Source: Blastochloris sp. (lineage in GTDB: Bacteria > Verrucomicrobiota > Verrucomicrobiia > Methylacidiphilales > JAAUTS01). From it: 64,000 bases of DNA. Location: NCBI GenBank assembly GCA_034440395.1, contig JAWXBW010000048.1, forward strand, positions 6,542 through 70,541, given 5' to 3'. Numbering within the stretch: position 1 is the first letter of the stretch; every line of letters starts with the position of its first letter. The notes beneath the pieces were generated by a model that worked only from the letters and a program-made list of their open reading frames with translations, had not been told where the DNA came from and did not search any database. Positions 19,173 through 28,589 of this stretch are shown here, piece after piece. Position numbers and translations under genes: made by a program.

Positions 19173-20321
19173 ATGGCATCCCTTAAATTAAATCCAGGCA
19201 ATAGGCAACGCGTGATGCAAGGGCATCCATGGGTTTATGCAAACGAAGTGCAAAAGCTCTTAGCCTCAGAGTTCAATGGACAGGCTGTTGAGTGTCGAGA
19301 CGCGCAGGGTCGTATTCTTGGCACTGGTCTTTATAATGGACATTCACAAATTATCTGGCGCAAGATTTCTAAAGACAAACAAGAATTTAATTCCGTCTTC
19401 ATTCATAAAACCTTAGCTGCCGCCTTCTTGCGACGTCGTGGTCTAACTTCTGGTAGATATTTTTGGTCAGAGTCCGATGGGATTCCAGGTCTAATTATTG
19501 ATCGTTTTGAATCTGTTCTGGTGGTGCAATTTTTAACTATGGCGGTGGATCGTGCTCAGGACATTATTTTAGATTGGCTGGAACAGGAACTTAAACCCAC
19601 GGCGATCATTCTACGTAATGACGCCCCATCTCGTGAGAAGGAAGGGCTTCTGCGCAGTGTGTCCGTGGGAAGGGGGACGGCGCCGAGTTCGATGTGGCTA
19701 CATTTTCAAGGCGTGGATTTTCTTTTCGATTGGGAGTCGGGTCAAAAAACGGGATTCTATCTCGACCAATGTGAGCAACATCAAAAAGTTGCAGCCTATG
19801 CCAACGGGCGCCGCGTGCTGGATGTTTTTTGTAATCAAGGAGGCTTTGCCCTCCATTGTGCTAAACAAGGTGCAGCATCTGTTGTTGGGGTGGACTCTTC
19901 CGTTGAGGCAATTGGTTTAGCTAAACAAAATTCAGCTAAGAATGAATTAACTATTACGTGGATTTGTGAAAATGCTTTTGATTATTTAAAACGTCAGAAA
20001 CCGAACAGTTGGGATCTCGTTATCCTAGATCCGCCTCCATTTGCGAAGTCACGGGATCGGTTGCAAGAAGCCTTGGGTGGTTATAAAGAAATTAATTTGC
20101 GGGCAATGAAGCAACTGGCTCCAGGAGGGATTCTTGCCACGTACTCGTGTTCTCACCATATTAGTTACGAGATCTACCGTCAGATGTTGATGGAGGCGGC
20201 GGCAGATGTTGGGCGTAATGTCCGCTTGCTGGAAATGTGCAAGCAGAGTTATGATCATCCCGTGATGTTAAACATCCCAGAGAGCGAATATCTACGAGGT
20301 TTTATATTGGAAATAGAATGA
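19173..20321 (+). CDS. rlmI: Class I SAM-dependent rRNA methyltransferase, RlmI-like (PUA + MTase)
   Basis: N-terminal GHPWVYANEV PUA-like region, SAM motif VLDVFCNQGGF, and DPPPF. Confidence 0.7.
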   Translation: MASLKLNPGNRQRVMQGHPWVYANEVQKLLASEFNGQAVECRDAQGRILGTGLYNGHSQIIWRKISKDKQEFNSVFIHKTLAAAFLRRRGLTSGRYFWSESDGIPGLIIDRFESVLVVQFLTMAVDRAQDIILDWLEQELKPTAIILRNDAPSREKEGLLRSVSVGRGTAPSSMWLHFQGVDFLFDWESGQKTGFYLDQCEQHQKVAAYANGRRVLDVFCNQGGFALHCAKQGAASVVGVDSSVEAIGLAKQNSAKNELTITWICENAFDYLKRQKPNSWDLVILDPPPFAKSRDRLQEALGGYKEINLRAMKQLAPGGILATYSCSHHISYEIYRQMLMEAAADVGRNVRLLEMCKQSYDHPVMLNIPESEYLRGFILEIE

Positions 20322-20860
20322 TAACATTTTTAAAATTTTTTACACTCCTTGTGCTTACCCTCTCGCCACTTGCGGCGGCACCTCCGATCACGGCGAAGGA
20401 TGCAGATGGAGTTGAGCGCACCTTAAATCAGGTGGGTCAAGTCACGGTGATCGTCTCCAGCAATCCTTCGGTTCAAGAGCGCACGCGGCAAGCAGGTAAA
20501 GCGATGGACGCGTTTCAAGGTCGCACAGACTTCCGATCTATTGTCCTAGTGGATTTGCGTGGAACGATGGCGGACTGGGCTAAAGGCTACACGCTGAGGC
20601 GGATGGTGAAAGATCTGGATCAAGAGGCACTACGCATCACGCCAGCTTATCGTAAAAATGGGAATTCAGGGAACCCACGACTCGCTGTTTCTGCCGTGGC
20701 GGATTTCGATGGTACTGTCGGCCTGCGACTCGGGTGGCTTAAGCCAAAGAATCAACTGCGCGTGATCATTTTCGATCGTAATGGTAAAAGATTTAGGGAA
20801 TGGGAAGATTTAAAAAATCTTTCTGAGTTAACGAGTGCTCTACAAAAATGTTTTCCCTAG
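20318..20860 (+). CDS. Hypothetical secreted protein
   Basis: Signal peptide MITFLKFFTLLVLTLSPLAAA and an ATGA overlap with the upstream gene. No recognisable motif. Confidence 0.55.
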   Translation: MITFLKFFTLLVLTLSPLAAAPPITAKDADGVERTLNQVGQVTVIVSSNPSVQERTRQAGKAMDAFQGRTDFRSIVLVDLRGTMADWAKGYTLRRMVKDLDQEALRITPAYRKNGNSGNPRLAVSAVADFDGTVGLRLGWLKPKNQLRVIIFDRNGKRFREWEDLKNLSELTSALQKCFP

Positions 20861-20869
20861 GATAAGTAT

Positions 20870-21220
20870 ATGCCAAGTGCTGAAGATTATATTGATGAGG
20901 GAAACGGGGAGCTGGCCATGGGCGAGCTGGAGAAGGCGTTAGAGTTTTATCGTCTAGCCACGGAGATCGAGCCTGAGTGTTTTGATGCATGGCAAGCTTA
21001 CTGCGTGGCTCTGATTAAATTAAATCGGGCAGATGAAGCTATCCGAGCGGGAGAGATTGCGATCAAGCTTAAGCCTAACGACCAGATGGCCTATGCTACG
21101 ATGTCACTGGCCTATGGGAGAAATAATCAAATTAAAGAAGCAGAAGCGATGGGGGCTAAGGCGCGGATAATTTCGTGGGGCGGGAAGGTTAGCTTAGAAA
21201 AGCCTTTGGGAGAGTTGTGA
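20870..21220 (+). CDS. TPR-repeat protein (116 aa)
   Basis: Three TPR-like units (EKALEFYRLATEIEPECFDAWQAY..., ADEAIRAGEIAIKLKPNDQMAY...). Confidence 0.7.
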   Translation: MPSAEDYIDEGNGELAMGELEKALEFYRLATEIEPECFDAWQAYCVALIKLNRADEAIRAGEIAIKLKPNDQMAYATMSLAYGRNNQIKEAEAMGAKARIISWGGKVSLEKPLGEL

Positions 21221-21225
21221 AAATT

Positions 21226-21618
21226 TCAGCGTGCTGAGATAAGTGCCGTGGTGGTTAGTCCGACCCAAACAGCAAGGAGGCAAAGTCCGACGGAGAGCGT
21301 GATATTTAATCCTGCGTAAAGCCATTGTCCGTCATTCATGAGCTGGATGGTTTGTAAACTGAAGGCGGAGAACGTGGTGAAGCCGCCGAGGAATCCGACC
21401 ATGATGACTTGGCGTGTGAGGGGTGAGGTGAAGAAGAATCCGTCTGAACCCGTTAAAGCACTTACGATGCCGATAGCTAGACAGCCTAGGACGTTAACGA
21501 GCAGAGTTCCGAGTGGGAAGCTTTCGCCGTAGCGTGAAGCCATGACGTGGGATACCCACAGGCGTGCTCCTACGCCGAGCGCACCACCCGACATGACGGC
21601 TAAGTAAGAGGGTAACAT
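21226..21618 (-). CDS. crcB: Fluoride ion channel CrcB/FluC
   Basis: 130 aa, four TM helices, and motifs GGALGVGARLWV, LVNVLGCLAIG and GFLGGFTTFSAFS. Confidence 0.9.
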   Translation of the reverse strand: MLPSYLAVMSGGALGVGARLWVSHVMASRYGESFPLGTLLVNVLGCLAIGIVSALTGSDGFFFTSPLTRQVIMVGFLGGFTTFSAFSLQTIQLMNDGQWLYAGLNITLSVGLCLLAVWVGLTTTALISAR

Positions 21619-21622
21619 ATTT

Positions 21623-22696
21623 TTAGATAGAGTAATCAGGAGGGAAGACGTGGAGGCGTGTGGCGGTAAGGTGGGCTGTCTCGTTTACCTTTAATTGTAA
21701 TTTCCCATAGAGATCACGGGTAATTTCTACCGTGAGAAATTCTTGATTATCCACCCGTGTCATTTCGATGCGCACGAGAGGACCGATCGGTTGGATATGC
21801 AGAATTTTAACTTCAAGGGAAGATTCAAGGGGCTTATCTTTATGCACTTGAAATTCGTGGGGTCGCACAAAAGCTACGACACTGGATTCATTTAGTTTCT
21901 CATTGCGAGTATCAAAGACGAGGCTGCCAACTTGGGCTTTACCTTTGATGACTTTACCCGTGAAGCTATTAACAGAACCGAGGAAGTTGAAGACGAAGGG
22001 GTTAGCGGGAGCTTCATAAACTTGTTCAGGAGTTCCGATCTGTTCAATTTTGCCTGCATTCATAATGACAACGCGGTCAGCCAGCTCCAGAGCTTCTTCT
22101 TGGTCATGGGTGACGAAGATGCTGGTGACGTGGATTTCTTGGTGGAGCTGACGCAGCCAGCGCCGCAGTTCTTTTCGCACCTTAGCGTCTAAGGCTCCGA
22201 AGGGTTCGTCAAGTAAAAGTACTTTAGGTTCGACGGCTAGAGCGCGGGCGAGGGAGATCCGCTGGCGTTGGCCACCAGAAAGCTGGGAGGGAAAGCGTTT
22301 CTCAAGGCCCTCAAGCTGCACAAGTTTTAAGAGTTTTAAAACACGGCTCCGAATTTCGTCTTTACTTGGTCTAGTGGAGGAGGGGCGTATGGTTAGACCG
22401 AAGGCGATGTTTTCAAATACCGTCATGTGGCGGAATAAAGCGTAGTGTTGGAAGACAAAGCCGACGCCGCGATCTTTAGCACTTTTAAAAGTAACTTCCT
22501 CACCCCCAAAAAAAACGCCACCGCTGCCATCGTCAGGGTTTTCTAATCCAGCAATGATACGGAGCAGAGTGGTCTTACCTGAACCACTGGGTCCAAGAAG
22601 GGCGAGGAGTTCACCCGATTTGACTTCGAGTTGAACTTTGTGGAGGGCATGGAAGTTGCCGAAGGTTTTTGAGATTTGTTGGGTTTCGATTTTCAT
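21623..22696 (-). CDS. cysA: Sulfate/thiosulfate ABC transporter ATP-binding protein CysA
   Basis: Walker [10 protein letters not shown], signature LSGGQRQR, Walker B LLLDEP, and a C-terminal TOBE-like regulatory domain. Operon context with cysT, cysW and sbp. Confidence 0.9.
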   Translation of the reverse strand: MKIETQQISKTFGNFHALHKVQLEVKSGELLALLGPSGSGKTTLLRIIAGLENPDDGSGGVFFGGEEVTFKSAKDRGVGFVFQHYALFRHMTVFENIAFGLTIRPSSTRPSKDEIRSRVLKLLKLVQLEGLEKRFPSQLSGGQRQRISLARALAVEPKVLLLDEPFGALDAKVRKELRRWLRQLHQEIHVTSIFVTHDQEEALELADRVVIMNAGKIEQIGTPEQVYEAPANPFVFNFLGSVNSFTGKVIKGKAQVGSLVFDTRNEKLNESSVVAFVRPHEFQVHKDKPLESSLEVKILHIQPIGPLVRIEMTRVDNQEFLTVEITRDLYGKLQLKVNETAHLTATRLHVFPPDYSI

Positions 22697-23736
22697 GCAG
22701 GTTCTTGGGAGTTAAAGTGTTCGATCACGGCTTTAATCACGAGGGTGAGTAGAGCGAGGAGAGTGAGTAAGGAAGCCATTGCGAAGGAGGCGGCGAAGTG
22801 GTATTCGTTGTAGAGAATTTCGATGTGGAGGGGGATGGTATTGGTAAGACCCCGGATATGGCCAGAGACGACAGAGACGGCGCCGAACTCGCCCATGGCT
22901 CGGGCATTACAAAGGATGATACCGTGGAGGAGTGCCCATTTGATATTAGGTAAGGTGACACGCCAGAAGATTTGCCAACCGTTGGCTCCGAGGGTAAGGG
23001 CAGCCAATTCTTCATCCTTACCTTGTGATTGCATAAGGGGGATCAGTTCGCGAGCGACAAAGGGAAAGGTGACGAAGGTGGTGGCGAGTATGATGCCTGG
23101 AGTGGAGAAAATAACTTGGATAAACCATTCTTTATAAAGCCATGCTCCATGATTTTCGGAAAATAAAACTTGATGGGAGAGGAACCACTGTTGGATGGAG
23201 TCGCCCAAGAAGGGGAGCCAGCTTAGAATTTTAACGGGGGAGGATTCAAGCAAGGGAGCGGCCCAGCCGTGTTGGCTGAAGATGAGGATAAAGACAAGCC
23301 CTGCGATCACGGGTGAAACAGCGAAGGGTAAGTCAATGAGAGTGATGAGAAAATTTTTCCAACGAAATTCAAACTTAGTGATAGCCCAAGCTGCGCTAAG
23401 TCCGAAAATGACATTGAGGGGAACGACGATGGCGGTGACAAAGAAGGTTAGTTTAATGGCACTGAGAGCAAAGGGGTCTTGGAAGGAGGCGAAATATACG
23501 TCTGCTCCTTTGCGGAACGCTTCCACGAAGACTGCGATGAGGGGAACGGCTAGGAAGAGTAGAATAAACCCTAGGGCAAGGGAAATGAGGAGAAGCCGTG
23601 CCCAAAGCGGTTCAGTGCGACTCCTTGAGGCTGCGCACTGCCCGTTAGGACTAGATTTTGGGGAAGAGAGTGGACGTGTGATGGCCATGGGGAAAAAAGT
23701 TAGCGCACGGAAAGCTGGAAGCGGCTGGCTCGCCAT
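22693..23736 (-). CDS. cysW: Sulfate ABC transporter permease CysW (alternative ATG at 23688 avoids the overlap with cysT)
   Basis: Binding-protein-dependent permease EAA-type region ([24 protein letters not shown]). It is the second permease in the sbp-cysT-cysW-cysA order. Confidence 0.85.
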   Translation of the reverse strand: MASQPLPAFRALTFFPMAITRPLSSPKSSPNGQCAASRSRTEPLWARLLLISLALGFILLFLAVPLIAVFVEAFRKGADVYFASFQDPFALSAIKLTFFVTAIVVPLNVIFGLSAAWAITKFEFRWKNFLITLIDLPFAVSPVIAGLVFILIFSQHGWAAPLLESSPVKILSWLPFLGDSIQQWFLSHQVLFSENHGAWLYKEWFIQVIFSTPGIILATTFVTFPFVARELIPLMQSQGKDEELAALTLGANGWQIFWRVTLPNIKWALLHGIILCNARAMGEFGAVSVVSGHIRGLTNTIPLHIEILYNEYHFAASFAMASLLTLLALLTLVIKAVIEHFNSQEPA

Positions 23737-24575
23737 TGTATGAGGTTAATGGTGAGTAAGAGGAAGAAGGAAATAATGAGCATAACACAGGCGATGGCGG
23801 CGGCTCCTGCGTAATTAAATTGTTCAAGTTGAATGATAATCAGTAAAGGTGTGATCTCTGTTTTGTTCGGCATGTTACCTGCGATGAATATTACGGAGCC
23901 ATACTCACCAATGGCACGGGCTAAAGCCAAAGCAAAACCGGTGAGGATGGCAGGACGTAGTTCGGGAAGGATGATACGTGTGATAGTTTGCCAGCGATTT
24001 GCGCCTAGGCTGGCAGCGGCTTCTTCAATCTCATGGGAGAGGTCTTCTAGCACGGGTTGTACGGTGCGAACGACAAAAGGCAGGCCGATGAAGGTCAAGG
24101 CGATGGTGACGCCCACGGCATTGTAAGCTAGGCGGATACCATCTGGTGGGAAGAGACTACCGATCAAACTAGTTTCGTTGAAATAATGCCCAATCCAACC
24201 AGTCGGGGCGTAAAGCGAGGTTAGGGCGATGCCAGCTACGGCGGTGGGTAAGGCAAAGGGGAGATCGACTAAAGCATCAATAAAGCGTTTACCAGGAAAA
24301 CGATAACGCACTAAGACCCAGGCGATGATGACGCCGAAGATGGCGTTGATGATGGCCGCAATGAGGGAGGTTCCGAAGGTTAGGCGGTAAGATGCCATGG
24401 CGCGTGGGCTGACAATGATGTTCCAGAGATCCGTCCAGCTTTGATCGAAGGCTTTGAAGAAGACTCCAGCCAAAGGAATAAGGATAATTAGGCTTAGGTA
24501 GAGCAGGGTAAAGCCCATGGTTAGTCCAAAACCAGGCAGCATTTTCCGTCGTGGAAACTTTTTTAACTTGCTCAT
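23700..24575 (-). CDS. cysT: Sulfate ABC transporter permease CysT/CysU
   Basis: EAA loop EEAAASLGANRWQTITRIILPELRP. It is the first permease of the operon. Confidence 0.85.
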   Translation of the reverse strand: MSKLKKFPRRKMLPGFGLTMGFTLLYLSLIILIPLAGVFFKAFDQSWTDLWNIIVSPRAMASYRLTFGTSLIAAIINAIFGVIIAWVLVRYRFPGKRFIDALVDLPFALPTAVAGIALTSLYAPTGWIGHYFNETSLIGSLFPPDGIRLAYNAVGVTIALTFIGLPFVVRTVQPVLEDLSHEIEEAAASLGANRWQTITRIILPELRPAILTGFALALARAIGEYGSVIFIAGNMPNKTEITPLLIIIQLEQFNYAGAAAIACVMLIISFFLLLTINLIQWRASRFQLSVR

Positions 24576-24580
24576 GATTT

Positions 24581-25414
24581 TTATAAGTCAGCACTATAGC
24601 TAATGAAGCTGCGATAGGTTTCTAACATGCTGAGTAAGGCCGTGACGTTAGCTTCGACTTGTTTATCAAGAGGTGCGAGTTGGGGAGTTTCTAGGACGAT
24701 TTCAAAAGGTTTAATTTTTGATGAAAGTGGAGCAGTTAGGATGCCATCATAGCCCTTAGTAATAATACCGTCCTGAGCGGCGAATCCGTCGATGGTTTTA
24801 TTATAGTTAAAGGGAAGGTGGATGCTAGCTGCTAGGAGGGCGGGTGCGAGCACGTCACGGGTTAGGGTGGCCCCTTTGACGAAGCCGTAAAGGCCTTCGC
24901 TTGTGTCATCGGCATGGAGGGAGATGATTCCTTGAAAATGGTTTTCTATGAGTTGTTGTTCAAGGAACTGGATTTCAGACTCGCGTGAATTTTTCCAGAA
25001 CTCGCGGTTGAGATCTTTACCTCTGCGGGAAAAGCGGGTGTTGTCTTCAAATCCAGTCGGATTGGTTACGGGGTAAACAAAAAGCTCATAACCACGAGCG
25101 AGTTGAGGATTTCCATCAAGGTATTTAAGTAGTTCGAGTGCGGCAAGGGTGCCAGCTACTTCATCTCCATGTATTCCAGCAAAAAGCCCGATCCTGATAT
25201 ATTCGGAGCCTTGGCTGGGGCCGACAAAGAGAAAGCGTGGGATCGCATAGAATTCGTTACTGTGTTCAAAACGCTGGGACGGGGCTTCAAAGAGGCGGTG
25301 AGAGTTTTCAACTCGTGCACGAAGTGGTGCCAGAAGACTTGAAATAGAACGACGCTCTTTATACAGAGACACAGCTTGCCAAGGTGTCTGTGGTTTTGTC
25401 TGTAGTGCTTTCAT
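24581..25414 (-). CDS. AstE/AspA-like zinc deacylase (M14-related, succinylglutamate desuccinylase/aspartoacylase family)
   Basis: Zinc-site style motifs GIHGDE, NPTGF, DLNREF and ISLHAD. Located 5 nt upstream of cysT. Confidence 0.65.
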   Translation of the reverse strand: MKALQTKPQTPWQAVSLYKERRSISSLLAPLRARVENSHRLFEAPSQRFEHSNEFYAIPRFLFVGPSQGSEYIRIGLFAGIHGDEVAGTLAALELLKYLDGNPQLARGYELFVYPVTNPTGFEDNTRFSRRGKDLNREFWKNSRESEIQFLEQQLIENHFQGIISLHADDTSEGLYGFVKGATLTRDVLAPALLAASIHLPFNYNKTIDGFAAQDGIITKGYDGILTAPLSSKIKPFEIVLETPQLAPLDKQVEANVTALLSMLETYRSFISYSADL

Positions 25415-25487
25415 GGGTAGTAAAATAAAATCTCTTGAGTCCGCAACCCGTTAGAGGTTATGACCCGATAGTGAGGTGATTAGTTTC

Positions 25488-26495
25488 TCAAGGCTTTGTG
25501 ATTTCGTCAAAAGTTCCACCATCATCAAAGTGAGCTTTTTGCGCTTTTTTCCATCCACCGAAATCTTTGTCGATGGTAACTAGATTTATTTTAGAGAATA
25601 GGGAAGAATACTTGGCAGCGGCTTTGGCGTCGCGAGGGCGGTAGAAGTTTTTACCAATGAGATCCTGAGCTTCTGGAGAATAAAGGTATTCGAGGTAAGC
25701 TTTAGCTACTTCGGCAGTGCCTTTACGGGCGACGACTTTATCCACGACGGTGACGGGAGGCTCGGCCAGAATGCTGATGGAAGGGGCGATTATTTGAGTT
25801 TGACCAGGGAATTCTTTTTCGATCAAGTGAGCTTCATTTTCCCAAGAGAGCAAAACGTCACCGATTTTACGCTGGGCAAAGGTGGTGGTCGAGCCACGAG
25901 CGCCTGAGTCGAGGACGGGGACATTCTTGTAGAGCGTGCGAAGGTAGTCCTTAATTTTCACTTCGTCGTTACTGAATTTTTGAGCGGCAAAAGCCCAAGC
26001 GGCCAAGTAGTTCCAACGAGCACCGCCAGAGGTTTTAGGATTGGGTGTGATGACTTTAATATTGGGCTTAACGAGATCGTCCCAGTCTTTAATATTTTTA
26101 GGATTACCTTTACGAACGACCAAGACAATCGTGGAGGTGTACGGCGAGCTGTTATCAGGCAAACGGCTTTGCCAGTTTTTATTGATTATTCCAGATCTTT
26201 CGGCGATGGCATCAATATCAAAAGCTAAAGCAAGGGTAACGACATCAGCTTGAATACCATCAATAACGGAACGAGATTGTTTACCTGAGCCGCCGTGGGA
26301 TTGGAGGAAGGTGATGTCTTGACCTGTTTTTTCTTTCCAGTGTTTAGCGAAGGCGGCGTTGTACTCGGTGTAGAACTCACGGGTAGGATCGTAGGAGACA
26401 TTGAGTAATTCTATTGCCTTGAGTTGTTCGGGTACAAGTAGAAGAGAGAGTCCTAAAACAAGGAGGGATAATGATTTTTTAATGATTTGTTTCAT
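25488..26495 (-). CDS. sbp: Sulfate/thiosulfate-binding periplasmic protein (Sbp/CysP)
   Basis: Signal peptide plus [21 protein letters not shown]...[26 protein letters not shown], typical of sulfate-binding proteins. Confidence 0.9.
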   Translation of the reverse strand: MKQIIKKSLSLLVLGLSLLLVPEQLKAIELLNVSYDPTREFYTEYNAAFAKHWKEKTGQDITFLQSHGGSGKQSRSVIDGIQADVVTLALAFDIDAIAERSGIINKNWQSRLPDNSSPYTSTIVLVVRKGNPKNIKDWDDLVKPNIKVITPNPKTSGGARWNYLAAWAFAAQKFSNDEVKIKDYLRTLYKNVPVLDSGARGSTTTFAQRKIGDVLLSWENEAHLIEKEFPGQTQIIAPSISILAEPPVTVVDKVVARKGTAEVAKAYLEYLYSPEAQDLIGKNFYRPRDAKAAAKYSSLFSKINLVTIDKDFGGWKKAQKAHFDDGGTFDEITKP

Positions 26496-26668
26496 GTGTT
26501 TCTGTTTTAGTTATCTCTTGCCCCATTATGAGTAGAGAGTTTGGTTGGTAATGCGCTTTAAATTTAGAAGGTTAATGGGTAGCCTTAAGGGAAGAAGATG
26601 ACGTTTGAGGTGGGCTTGAAGCATTAAAGTTTTTGTGTTAGTAGAATCGGACATGAGCGTTAACATGC

Positions 26669-26709
26669 AATTTAGTAATTGTATTAATTTAAATATACTA
26701 AATTAGTAT
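26669..26709. promoter_or_regulatory. AT-rich palindromic operator candidate upstream of the sbp operon
   Basis: Perfect 7-1-7 palindrome ATACTAA-A-TTAGTAT (26695-26709), plus a third TTAGTA half-site in AATTTAGTA (26669-26677), the exact reverse complement of 26696-26704. Lies about 175-215 nt upstream of the sbp start and downstream of the Rrf2 gene. Confidence 0.35.
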
Positions 26710-26792
26710 GGTATGTAAACAAAAAAGTTTAATTTTTATTGCGTGGAGCCTATGCGTCGTTTTTGTAAATAGTTAACGGCTATTTGTTTATA

Positions 26793-27332
26793 TCAAATTT
26801 GAAAATCTGAAAAAGGGATGAAATTTCTTAAAACTTCACTTGTTGTTTTAGCTTTTGAGGTCGAACTGCCTTTTACGGAGGTAGAGCCTCTCTGATTTTT
26901 TTGATGCTGCGTGGCGACATCTAGCACATGGCCTAGGGTGTAACGGTCTAGAATGTTAGCGACTGCGTTACGTACGTCCAGCATGAGCATGCGTAGCCCG
27001 CAGGTCGCCTCGTCTGGGCAGGAGCATTTTTCGTACTGCGTTTGACTTACACAGCCTAAAGGGGCGAGGGGGCCGTCGACTAAACGCACGATGGCGCCCA
27101 TGGAAATAGTTTCTGGTGTTTTAGCTAGGTAATAGCCGCCATATTTTCCACGTTTTGCCTGGATATAGCTGGCTTCGCGGAGTTGCAGGAAAATTTGCTC
27201 TAGAAAACCTTTAGGAATATTTTCACGTTCGCACAAAGCATTTAATTGCAAAAGCTCTTGGCCTGAGCGGTGAGCTAGTCCTAGGGAAATGAGTGCACGT
27301 AAGGCATATTCACCACGTTTAGAAAGTTTCAT
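26793..27332 (-). CDS. Rrf2-family transcriptional regulator (Cys-containing, possibly Fe-S)
   Basis: N-terminal winged helix MKLSKRGEYALRALISLG. Cys cluster C-X8-C-X-C-X5-C (GCVSQTQYEKCSCPDEATCG). Confidence 0.85.
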   Translation of the reverse strand: MKLSKRGEYALRALISLGLAHRSGQELLQLNALCERENIPKGFLEQIFLQLREASYIQAKRGKYGGYYLAKTPETISMGAIVRLVDGPLAPLGCVSQTQYEKCSCPDEATCGLRMLMLDVRNAVANILDRYTLGHVLDVATQHQKNQRGSTSVKGSSTSKAKTTSEVLRNFIPFSDFQI

Positions 27333-27500
27333 GTTAGCTTAAAAATGTAGTTTAAGCAGACAACACCTCTCACGACAAGTCTAGCCACTCATCTATAATT
27401 CTAGGTTTTCCGTAAGAACTAGTCTTCTTGAGTTCTATATTGTAACCAACACTTAACTTAATTGCTGCTGAGTTTGATCGATTAGCGGGCTTAACGATCC

Positions 27501-28589
27501 CTATTCGATATGAGGTAAATTTATAACGAAGGAAGTTAATCCCTTCTTGCTTTGATAGTGAATCTTTCCGCCATGAGAGAGAACTATTTCTCTGCATATA
27601 CTGAGCCCCAAGCCGTTGCCTCCAGTCTCGGACGACCGGCTTGGATCAGCTCGGTAAAAGCGTTCAAAAATACGGGAACGGTGTGCTTCTGGTATACTTG
27701 AACCAGTGTTGGAAATGATAATGGAAACCTCTCTAGGATCGCCCTGTAAAGTCATCTCCACAGTTCCCTCTAGGAGATTGTATTTAATGGCATTATCAAG
27801 AAGATTCAACAGGGCTTGCCTCAATAAAAGCTCATCACCTTGAAGCTTTAAACCGGGAGCAATCTGTCCTTTGACGCTGATCCTGCGAGCCGAAGCCAAT
27901 ATTTCTGCGTCCTCCAGAAGTTCTGAGCAGAGACTGCTGATATCAACGGATTTCCTATCTATTAACAACTGTCCAGCATCAGCCCGAGCCAGAAAGAGGA
28001 GCCTAGTAGTGATGGCGGTGATTCTGTGGGTCTGCTCCAGAACGTTTTCCAAAACCGTGCGATCGACCGTCTCATTCTTCAGAGCTGCTTCGAGTTCAGC
28101 TCTCATGATGGTCAATGGAGTTTTGAGTTCGTGGGAAGCATCCGCACTAAACCGGCTGCTTTGTAAGAAACTTTTTTCCAGTCGTTCGATGAGGTTGTTG
28201 AGAACCACCGCCAATTCACCCACTTCATCCTTAGACATGGGAACGGGCAAGCGCTTGCTTAAAGCTTTGGCATGGATTTGTTGAGCCGAAGTTGTCATGT
28301 CACGTAAAGGTTGCAGCACTCTCCTAGAAAGGATCCAAACACCCACCGCAGCTAGCAAAACTGCCACTGGCAATGATATGGCGTAACTGGCGATAAGATC
28401 TCCCAGTAAATCGTGAGCCTCCGCTTCGTAGTCTTCTTTGGTCAGTGGTTTTTGCTTGAGCTGGTCAATGGCTTCCAGCTTTTCGTGGTAAAGGTTAAAT
28501 GCGGAAAGGGCACCGAAAACGATTAGGGTTCCCGTCATCAGCAGAGAAATCCAAACCGTCAACTTGGCTTGAAGTGTCCAGATCCTCAC
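27501..28589 (-). CDS. Two-component sensor histidine kinase (two TM helices, HAMP, HisKA, HATPase)
   Basis: H-box ADASHELKTPLT, N-box LLNLLDNAIKY and G-boxes (GNGLGLSI). Only about 40-50 aa lie between the two TM helices. Confidence 0.85.
   Translation of the reverse strand: MRIWTLQAKLTVWISLLMTGTLIVFGALSAFNLYHEKLEAIDQLKQKPLTKEDYEAEAHDLLGDLIASYAISLPVAVLLAAVGVWILSRRVLQPLRDMTTSAQQIHAKALSKRLPVPMSKDEVGELAVVLNNLIERLEKSFLQSSRFSADASHELKTPLTIMRAELEAALKNETVDRTVLENVLEQTHRITAITTRLLFLARADAGQLLIDRKSVDISSLCSELLEDAEILASARRISVKGQIAPGLKLQGDELLLRQALLNLLDNAIKYNLLEGTVEMTLQGDPREVSIIISNTGSSIPEAHRSRIFERFYRADPSRSSETGGNGLGLSICREIVLSHGGKIHYQSKKGLTSFVINLPHIE

Noticed and set aside
21619-21622. Looked for a fluoride riboswitch upstream of crcB.
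   Set aside because: Only 4 nt separate crcB from cysA, so there is no room for the roughly 50-nt or longer riboswitch.
23195-23743. 182-aa ORF antisense to cysW. Similar long antisense ORFs occur at 34445-34927 in aguB, 11965-12420 in the beta-helix gene and 30166-30624 in the GT fusion.
   Set aside because: Arg/Lys/Ser-rich low-complexity translations, typical of antisense frames of real genes. The sense-strand genes have strong family motifs.
27370-27597. 75-aa minus-strand ORF overlapping the kinase 3' end and extending into the 168-nt gap before the Rrf2 gene. Considered as a toxin-antitoxin or transposase remnant.
   Set aside because: No recognisable motif. It overlaps a well-supported gene out of frame, and the gap is more simply the Rrf2 promoter region.
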